Part shown: one piece after another, positions 54,501-64,000 of the stretch
How positions within the stretch are numbered: the first letter of the stretch is position 1
Layout of the letters: each line of letters opens with the position of its first letter
NCBI GenBank assembly: GCA_013239625.1
Contig: MU054001.1
Coordinates: 7,398,174 to 7,462,173 of the forward strand
From: Lama guanicoe
Taxonomy: Eukaryota
Direction: 5' to 3'
Length of the DNA stretch: 64,000 nt
Made by a program: the position numbers and the translations under genes
The notes under the pieces: model-generated
Seen by the model: the letters and a program-made list of their open reading frames with translations, nothing else
Told to the model about the DNA's origin: nothing
Databases searched by the model: none

Positions 54501-57500
54501 AATCTTCAATGTTACGTGAAAGACTGCCTCTCCACATACTCAATTTTCAGACTTGTATGTGTGTTGAAGCCGTACTTCACCTAGCTTGTTTGGAACCCAG
54601 AGTTTGAGTCCAAGGGAAACTAAGCTGCTTTCATATATATGGGGACGTATTAGTATTAACACGGTGTTTCACTGCAAAGCACTTTTACTTGAAACCAGCT
54701 TTGAGGAACATACTGAGAAATCAGAGAAAGTGTTTCTGTATGTCATTTAACCTTCAATTCTGGATGAAAGAACGCCTCTCAACATGCTAAGTTCTTACAT
54801 TTCAAAGGGTGTAGGAGCCGTCCATCACCTAACTAGTTGGAAACCCAGAATTTCTGGACTTGGGGAACTACGCTAATTACATATCTAAGGGGAGGCAGTC
54901 ACTCCAATGCGGTTTTCGACAAAAGCAGCTTTTACTTTGAAACGGAAGTTAGGAAACATGCAGAGAATTCAGAGAATGTGTGTCTAGAATACCCTCAGTC
55001 TTTTATGCTGGATGAAGGAACGCCTCAAAACATGTTCAATTTTCAGAAATTTCTTGAGTGTGGAAGCCTTCAATCACATAGCTTGTTGTGAACAAAGAGT
55101 TACTTTATAGTTGGAAGCTGTACTTCTTACATATATATGGGGAGGTACTAGCTCCAACTCGATTTTACAGTGAAAACGACATGAACTTCAGACCAGTAGT
55201 AGGAAACATACTGAGAAACCAGAGTAACTGTTTCCACTGCAAACCATTCCCTTTATGTTAGATGAATGAAAGTCTCTTCACGTGCTCAATTCTGAGAGTT
55301 GAATGTGTGCGATAGCCATCAATCACTTAGCTTCTAGGGAACACAGTTTCTTTTGGCTGGGGAAATACACTATGTAAATATATAAGGGGAAGTACTAGCT
55401 CCAACTTGGTTTTACAGTGAAAACTGCATGAACTTCAAACCAGCCCAAGAAATATACTGGGAAAACAGGGTAAGTGTTTTGACTGCAACCAATCCCCTTC
55501 ATGTTAGATGAACCAACGTCTCACCACATGCTCAAATCTGAGAGAAACTGTGTGTGAAAGCCATCAATCACTGAGCTGGTGGGAACATAGAGTATCTTTT
55601 CAGAGGGAGACTGCACTACATACATATATATGGGGAGATTCTAGCTCCAACACGGTTTTACAGTGAAAACTGCATGAACTTCAAACCAGCCCAAGAAATA
55701 TACTGAGAAACCAGAGTAAGTGTTTGTAATGTAACCCATTCCCTTTATGCTTGATGAACGAAGGTCTCTAAACATGCTAAATTCTGCGACTTCAGTGTGT
55801 GTGAAAGCCTTCATTCACCTAGCTTGTTGGGAACACACAGTTTCTATTCAGTGGGAAACTACACTACATACATATATATGGGGAGTTTGTAGCTTCAACT
55901 TGGTTTTAATGTGAAAAGTGCATGAACTTCAATCTGGCACTAGGAAACATACTGATAATCTAGGGTAAGATTTTCTACAGCAAACCATTTTCTATATGAT
56001 AGATGAACGAAAGTCGCTCCACATGCTCAATTCTGAGAGTTAAGTGTGTGTGAAAGCCGTCAATCAACTAGCTTTTTGGGAACACACAATTTCTTTTGAG
56101 CGGGAGACTACACTACAAATGTATATGGGCAGGAACTAGCTCCAACTCTGTTTTACTGTGAAAAATGTATGAAATTCATACCAGTACTGGGAAACATACT
56201 CAGAAATAGAAGTAAGTGTTTCTATTGCTATCTATTCTCTTTATGGTAGATGAACGACCGCCTCTCAACATGCCCAGTTCTGAGAGTTGAATGTGAGGAA
56301 TCCGTCTATAAATTAACTTGAAGGTAACACACAGTTTCTTTTGATTGGGGAAGTACACTACATACATATATATGTGGAGGGGCTATCTGCAATTTGGTTT
56401 TACAGTTAAAACTGCATGAAATTCAAACCGGCACTAGGAAACTTACTGAGAATTCAGAGTAAGTGTTTCTAGTGTTACATATTTTCTTTATTCTAGATGA
56501 AAGAAGGTCTATCCATGTGGTCATTTCTCAGATATAAGTGTGTGTGGAAGCCATCAATCACCTAGCTTGTTGGGTACACACAGTTCCTTTTTAGTGGGAA
56601 ACTACACTTCTTAAATATATAAGGGAATGTAGTAGCTCCAAAACGGTTTTAGAGTGAAAACTGCATGAATTTCAAACCGGCACTGGGAAACGTACTGAGA
56701 AACCAGAGTCAGTGTTTCTACTGCCAAAAACTTCCTTTATGTTAGATGAATGAACGTCTCTCCATAAGCTCAATTCTGAGAGTTAAGTGTGTGTGAAAGC
56801 CTTCAATAAACTATCTTGTTTGGAACACACACTTTCTTTTCAGTGGCAAACTATACTGCATCCATATATGTGGGAAGGTAGTAGCTCCAACTGGTTTTTA
56901 CATTGAAAACTGCATGAACTTCAAACTGGCACTAGGAAACACACTTAGAAATCAGAATAAGGGTATCTAGTATTATCTATTCTTTTTATGCTAGATGAAA
57001 TAACGCCTCTTCACATGCTCAGTTCTGAGAGATGAATGTGTGTGAAAGCCAACTATCACTAAGCTTGTAGGGAACACAGTTTCTTTTGAGTGTGGAACTA
57101 CACTACATACATATATATGGGAAGGTACAAGGTCCAACTCGATTTTACAGTGACAATTGCATGAATTTCAAACCAGCAGTATGAAACATACTGAGAAACC
57201 AGAGTAAGTGTTTCTACTGCAACCCATTCCATTTATGATAAATGAATAAACGTCTCTACACATGCTCGTTTCTAAGAGTTGAATGTGTGTAAAAGCCAAC
57301 TATCACTTAGCTTGTAGGAAACACACAGATTCTTTTGAGTGGGGAACTACAATACATACATATATATGGGGTGGAAATAGCTCCAACTTGGTTTTACAGT
57401 GAAAAATGCATGAACTTCAAACTGGCTCTAGGAAATATACTGAGAAATCAGAGTAAGTGATTCTACTGCTTCATATTCCCTTTAGGCTAGATGAATGAAA

Positions 57501-60500
57501 TTTCTACAAGTGCTCAATTCTGAGAGTTAAGTGTGTGCAAAAGCAGTGTACCAATTAGTATGTAGGGAAAACACAGTTTCTTTTGATTGGGGAATTACAG
57601 TGCATACATATGTATGGGGAGGTACAAGCTGCAACTCGGTTTTATTGTGAAAACTGCATGAACTTTAAACCGGCACTAGGAAAATTACTGAGAAACCAGA
57701 GTAAGTGTTTCTCCTGCAACCCATTCCCTTTAAGCTAGATGAACTAACGTCCTTCCACATGCTCAATTCTGAGAATTAAGTGTGTCTGAAAGCCGTCATC
57801 AACAAGCTTTTTGGGAACACAGTTTCTTTTGAGTGGGAAACTATAATACATACATATATATATATGGGGAGGTTCTAGTTCCAACACCGTTTTATGCTGA
57901 ACATATATATATATATATGGGGAGGTTCTAGTTCCAACACCGTTTTACGCTGAAAACTGCATGAACTTCAAACCGGCACAAGGAAACATAGTGAGAGACA
58001 AGAGTAAGTATTTTTATTTCAACCCATTCCATTTATGCTAGATGAATGAACGTCTCTCCACATGCTCAATTCTGAGAGTTAAGCGTGTGTGAAAGCTGTC
58101 AATCACCTAGCTTGTTGGAAACACATGGATTCTTTTCAGTGGGAAACTCCAATTCATACATATATATGGGGAGGTACTAGCTCCAACTTGGTTTTACAGT
58201 GAAAACTGATTGAATTTCAAACTTGTACTAGGGAAGATACTGAGAAATCAGAGTAAGTGTTTCTTTTGCAAACCATTTTCTTTATGCTAGATGACCAAAC
58301 GTCTCTCCACTTGCTCAATTCTGAGAGTTATGTGTGTGTGAAAGCCATCAATCACCTTACATTTTGGGAGCACACAGTTTTTTTTCAGTGGGTAACTACA
58401 TTACATACATACATATGAGGAGGTACTAGCTCTAATACTGTTTTACAATGAAAACTTCATGAGCTTCAAACCGGCATTAAGAAACTTACTGAGAATTTTC
58501 TCCCATTCCGTAGGTTTTCTTCTTGTTTTACCTCTGGTTTCCTTTGCTGTGTAGAAGCTTGTAAGTTTCAATTAAGTCCCATTTGTTTATTTTTGCTTTT
58601 ATTTCTTCTAGGAGAAAATTTTTGAAATGTATGTTGGATAATGTTTTGCCTATGTTTTCCTCTAGCTGCAATTCGGTTTTTCATTGGAAACTGCATGTAC
58701 TTCAAAGCGGCAATAGGAAACATATTGAGAAACCAGAGTAAGTGTATCAACTGCAAACCATTCCCTTTATGCTACCTGAACGAACGTCTCTCCACGTGCT
58801 CAATTCTGAGATTTAAGTGTGTGTGAAAGCCTTTAATCACCTAACTGGTTGTGAACACAGAGTTTCTTATCAGTGGGAAACTACATTACATACATATATA
58901 TGGGGAGGTTCTAGCTCCAACCCGGTTTTACAGTGAAAACTGCAAAAACTTCAAGCCAGCACTAGGAAATATACTGAGAAATCAGAGTAGGTGTTGCTAG
59001 TGCTACCCATTCTCTTTATGCTAGATGAACGAATGTCCTACCACGTGCTCAATTCTGAGATTTATGTGAATTAAAGCTTTCAATCACCTAGAATTTTGGG
59101 AACACACAGTTTCCTTTCAGTGGGAAATTAAACTACATACATATATATGGGGTGGTAATAGCTCCAAATCATTTTTACAGTGAAAAGGTCATGCTGTTCA
59201 AACCGGAAGTAGGAATCATACTGAGAAATCAGAGTAAGGGTATCTAGTGCTACCTATTCTCCTTATGCTAGATGAATGAACACCTCTTCACATGCTAAGT
59301 TCTGAGAGTTGAATGTGTGTGAAAGCCAACTATCACTAACTTGTAAGGAACACAGTTTCTTTGGGTGTGTTACTACACAACATATATATACATGGGGAGG
59401 TAATAGCTGCAACTCGGTTTTACAGTGAAAACTGCCTGAATTTCAAACCAGCACTTGCAAACATACTGAGAAACCAGTGTAAGTGCTTCCACCTCAACCC
59501 ATTCCCTTTATGCTAGATGAACGAATGTCTCTCCACATGCTCAATTCTGAGAGTTGAATGTGTGCGGATGCCAACTATCACTTAGCTTGTAGGAAACACA
59601 CGGTTTCTTTTGAGTGGGGAATTACAATACATACATATGTATGGGGTGGTGCTAGCTCCAAATCGGTTTTACAGTGAAAACTTCATGAACTTAAAAAAGC
59701 ACTAGGAAACATAATGAGAAACCAGAGTATTTGTTCCTAGTGTTACCCATGCCTTTATGCTAAATGAAAGAACGTCCCTCCACGTTCTCAATTCTCAGAT
59801 TTAAGTGTGTGTTAAAGCCGTCAATCACATAGCTTGTTGGGAACATACAGTCTCTTTTGAGTGGGAACTTCACTACATGCATATATATGGGGATGTACAA
59901 GCTCCAACTCATTATACAGTGAATAATGCATGAACTTCAAACCGGCAATAGGAAACATACTGAGAAATCACAGTAGGTGTTTATACTGCTACCCATTCTC
60001 TTTATGGTTGATGAATGAATGTCTTTCCACGTCCTCAATTCTGAGATTTAAGTTTGTGTGAAAGCCTTCAATCACCTAGTCTGTTGGGAACACCCAGTGT
60101 CTTTCCAGTGGGTAAATACACTACATACATATATATGGAGAGATACTAGCTTCAACTCGGTTTTACAGTGAAAGCTGTGTGAACTTCAAACTGGATCTAA
60201 GAAAAATACTGAGAAATCAGCGTAAGTGTTTCTTTTGCTACCTATTCTCCTTATGCTAGATGAAGAACATCTTCCAACGTGCTCATTTCTGAGAGTTAAG
60301 TGTGTGTGAAAGCCATCAATCAGCTACCTTGTTAGGAGCACACAGTTTCTTTTGAGTGGGAAACTAGTGTTCTTAAATTTATATTGGGAGGTACTAGCTC
60401 CAACATGGTATTACAGTGAAAAATGCATGAACCTCAGACCGGAACTAGGAAACATACTGAAAAACCAGAGTAAATGTTTTTAGTGCTAACTATTCTCTTT

Positions 60501-63500
60501 ATGCTAGATGAATGAACGCCTCTTCACATTCTCAGTTCCTAGAGCTGAATGTTTATGAAAGACACCTATCACGCAGCTTGTAGGAAACACAGAGATTCTT
60601 TTGCGTGGGGAACTGCACTCCATAAATATATGTGGGGAGGTACTCACTGCATCTTGGTTTTTCTTTGAAAACTGCATGTACTTAAACCCGGCAATAGGAA
60701 ACATTCTGAGAAATCAGAATAAGTGTCTGTAGTGCTTACTATTCTCTTTATGCCAGATGAATGAACGACTCTCCACATGCTCAGGGCTGAGAGATAAATG
60801 CATGCAAAAGCCAAATTTCACTTAGCTTGGTCGGAACACACAGATTCTTTTGAGTGGGGAATGACACTACATACATATATATGGGGAGGTACTAGCTCCA
60901 AATCGGTTTTACAGTGAAAACTGCATAAACTTCAAACCTGCACTAAGGAAACATGCTGAGATATCAGAGTAAGTGTTTGTAGTGCTACCAAATCCCTTTA
61001 TAGTAGATAAACAAACGTCTCTCCAAAGGATAGATTCTGAGAATAACTGTGTGTGAAAGCCATCAATCACCTAGCTTGTTGGGAACACTGTTTCTTTTGA
61101 TTGGGAAACTACACGACATACATATATATTGGGAGGTATGAGCTCAAACACTGTTTTACAGTGAAAACTGCATGAACTTCAAATCGGCCCTAGGAAACAT
61201 TCTGAGAAATCAGAGTAAGTGTTTTTAGTGCTACCTATTCTCTTTATGCAAGATGAACGAATGACTCTCCACATGCTCAGTGCTAGAGTTGAATATGTGC
61301 AAAAGCCAACTATCACTTAGGTTGTATGGAACACACAGTTTCTTTTGAGTGGGGAAAAGCAATACATACATATATATGGGTAGGTACTAGCATCAACTTG
61401 GGTTACAGTGAAAACTGCATGAACTTCAAACCAGAAGTAGGAAACATACTGAGAAACCAGGGTAAGTGCATCTACTGCAAACCATTCCCTTTATGCTAGA
61501 TGAACGAACGTCTCTCCACATGCTTAATTCAGAGAGTTAAGTGTGTTTGGAAGCCGTCTATCACCTAGGTGTTTGGGAACACCCAGTTTCTTTTCAGTAG
61601 GTAGCTGCAATATATACATATATATGGGGAGGTTATAGCTCCAACATTTAATTACAGTGAAAATTGCATGAACTTCAAGCCAGCACTAGGAAACATACTG
61701 AGAAATCAGAGTAACTGTGTCTAGTGGTACCAATTTTCTTTAGGTTAGATGAACAAATATCTCTCCTCATATTAAATTCTGACAGTTGAATGTGTATGAA
61801 TGCCAACTATCTCTAATCTTGTAGGGAATACACCATTTCTTTTAAGTGGGGAACTACAAACTTACATTTATATGGGGAGGTACTAGCTCCAACTGGGTTT
61901 TACAGTGAAAAATGCATGAACTTCAAACTGGCACTAGTAAACATATTGAGAAACCAGAGTAAGTGTTTCTAGAACTACCTCTTGTATATATGCTAGATGA
62001 AAGAACGCCTCTCTACATGATCAGTTCTGAGAGATGAATGTGTGTGAACCCCAACTATCACTTAGCTTGTACAGAACACACAGTTTCTTTTGAGTGGGGA
62101 AGAACACAATATACATATTTATGGGGAGGTACTAGCTCAAACTCGGTTTTACAATGAAAACTGCATGAACCTCAAACTGGCACTATGAAACATACTGAGA
62201 AACCAGAGTAATTGTTTCTACTGCAACCCATTGCCTTTATGCTACATGAAAGAACTTCTCGGCACATGCTCAATTCTGAGAGTACAGTGTGTGTGAAAAC
62301 CGCAATTCACCTAGCTGGTATTGAAAACAAAGTATCTTTTCATTGGGAAACTATACTATGTACATATGTATGGGGTGGTACCAGCTGCAAATCAGTTTCA
62401 CAGTGAAAACTGCATGAAATTCAAACCGCCACTTGGAAACATACTGAGAAATCAGACTAAGGGTATATAGTTCTACCTATTCTATGTATGCTAGATGAAA
62501 GAACGCCTCATGCATGATCAGATCTGAGACTTGAATGAGTTTGAAGGGGAACTATCACATAGCTTGTAGGGATTACACAGATTCTTTTGATTGGGAAACT
62601 ACACTGTTGTAATATATATGGGCAGGAACTAGCTCCAACGCTGTTTTACAGGGAAAACTGTATGAACTTCAAGCCAGCACTACGAAACATACTTAAAAAC
62701 TAGTGTAAGTAAATCAACTGTAACACATTCCCTTTATGCTAGAAGAACGAACGTCTTTTCACATGCTCAATTCATGAATTAAGTGTGTGTGAAAGATGTG
62801 AATCACCTAGCTGGTTGTGAACATACAGTTTCTTTTCAGTGGAAACTACACTACATACATATATATGGGGAGCTACTATCTGCACCTCGGGTTTACAGTG
62901 AAAATGGCATGAACTTCAAACCGGCACTAGGAAACATACTGAGAAATCAGAGTAAGTGTTTCAAGTGCTACCTATTCTCTATAGCGTAGATGAAAGAAAG
63001 CCTCTCCACATGCTAGGATCTGAGATTTGAATGTGAGTGAAAGTCAACAATCACTTAGCTTTTAGGGAACACACCATTTCTTTTGATTGGGGAACTACAG
63101 TACATACATATATATAGGAAGGTACTAGCTCCAACTGGGTTTTACAGTGAAAACTACATGAACTTCAACTCAGCTTTTGGAAACACACTTAGAAACCAGA
63201 GTAAGTGTTTTGACTGGAATCCATTCCCTTTATGCTAGGTGTACTAACGTCTCATCACATGCTCAATTCTAATACTTAAGTGTGTGTGAAAGCCATCAAT
63301 CAACTTGCTTGTTGGGAACACAGAGATTGATTTGAGTGGGGAATTACACAACATACAAATATATGGGGAGGTACAAGCTGCAACTCAGTTTTAAAATGAA
63401 AACTGCATGAACATCAAACTGGCACTAGGAAAACTACTGAGAATCTGAGTATTTCTTCCTAGTGCTACCTATTCTCTTTAAGCTTGATATACGAACGTCT

Positions 63501-64000
63501 CTCCTCATGCTTTGTTCTGACAGTTGAATGTGTTTGAAAGCCAGCTATCACTTAGCTCATAGGGAACACACAGATTCTTTTGATTGGGGAAATATACTAC
63601 ATACATCTGTATTGGGCAGTAATAGCTGCAACTTGGTTTTAGAGTGAAAACTGCATGAAATTAAAACCGGCACTAGGAAACATACTGAGAATTCAGACTA
63701 AGGGTTTATAGTGCTACCTATTCTATGTATGCTAGATGAAAGAACGCCTCATGCGTGATCAGTTCTGAGACTTGAATGTGTGCGAAAGGCAACTATCACA
63801 TAGCTTTTAGGGATCACACAGATTCTTTTGATTGGGAAACTACACTGTAGAAATATATATGGGGAGTTACTAGCTCCAACTAGGTTTTACAGTGAAAACT
63901 GCATGAACTTCAAACTGGCACTAGGAAACTGAGAAATCAGAGTAAGTGTTTCAAGTGCTACCTATTCTCTTTAGGGTTGATGAAAGAAATCCTCTCCACA
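39600..64000. repeat. Tandem satellite DNA, ~247-bp monomer, roughly 100 head-to-tail copies, open at the right end
   Basis: The anchor AGGAAACAT(G/A)CTGAGAAA(T/C)CAGAGTAAGTGTTTCT recurs at e.g. 55201, 55447, 55693, 55942, 56189 and 56436 (spacing 246-249). Other conserved blocks are GAATGTGTGTGGAAGCC, GGGAACACAGAGTTTCT and ACATATCTATGGGGAGG. Confidence 0.97.
58494..58665 (-). mobile_element. Internal L1 ORF2 fragment (~170 bp) embedded in the satellite
   Basis: GGTTTCCTTTGCTGTGTAGAAGCTTGTAAGTTT...CCCATTTGTTTATTTTTGCTTTTATT...GCCTATGTTTTCCTCTAG aligns by eye to L1 positions ~31262-31451 of this window, with a short internal deletion. Confidence 0.9.

Noticed and set aside
40600..55000. CENP-B box-like motif CTCGCTCCAACTCGG in monomers
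   Set aside because: Spacing is one base off and the essential TTCG/CGGG positions are not both matched in the copies I inspected.
40187..62989. Many short similar ORFs (e.g. CSILRSECVWKPSFT) in the satellite
   Set aside because: These are translations of the repeat unit, with frequent stops and frameshifts and no frame conservation.
39600..64000. Satellite as a hammerhead-ribozyme (retrozyme-like) array, suggested by CTGA...GAAA motifs and a ~250-bp monomer
   Set aside because: I found no conserved CUGANGA core on either strand (the motif is CTGAGAA) and no three-stem arrangement. A covariance-model search would settle it.
39600..64000. Satellite derived from C2H2 zinc-finger arrays (CATACTGAGAAACC and GAATGTGTG..AAAGCC resemble linker/finger codons; 3x84 is close to 247)
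   Set aside because: Motif spacings do not follow an 84-bp period, and no frame gives a recurring C-x2-C...H-x3-H pattern.

Overview
Mammalian, almost certainly camelid, genomic DNA: a vic-1-type tRNA-derived SINE lies at ~13.1-13.3 kb. I found no intact protein-coding gene. The window runs from unique sequence into a satellite array in four zones. (1) 1-20 kb: ordinary repeat-studded unique sequence, with a processed ferritin light chain (FTL) pseudogene, MIR/L2/MaLR/ERV1 relics and a candidate RFX enhancer. (2) 20-37.3 kb: a pile-up of LINE-1 elements, including a near full-length but inactivated L1 on the minus strand. (3) 37.9-39.6 kb: a truncated ERV1-type 5' LTR/leader with a tRNA-Arg primer-binding site. 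(4) 39.6-64 kb: a head-to-tail ~247-bp satellite of roughly 100 monomers that continues past the window end. The satellite is layered into distinct variant domains, has irregular higher-order duplications and conserved dyad-symmetric motifs, and contains one L1 fragment that replaces part of a monomer. Most ORFs in the supplied track are chance or repeat-derived. All repeat family names are by-eye recognition, not database results. I see no clear evidence of a new protein-coding system; the satellite architecture is the most noteworthy signal.
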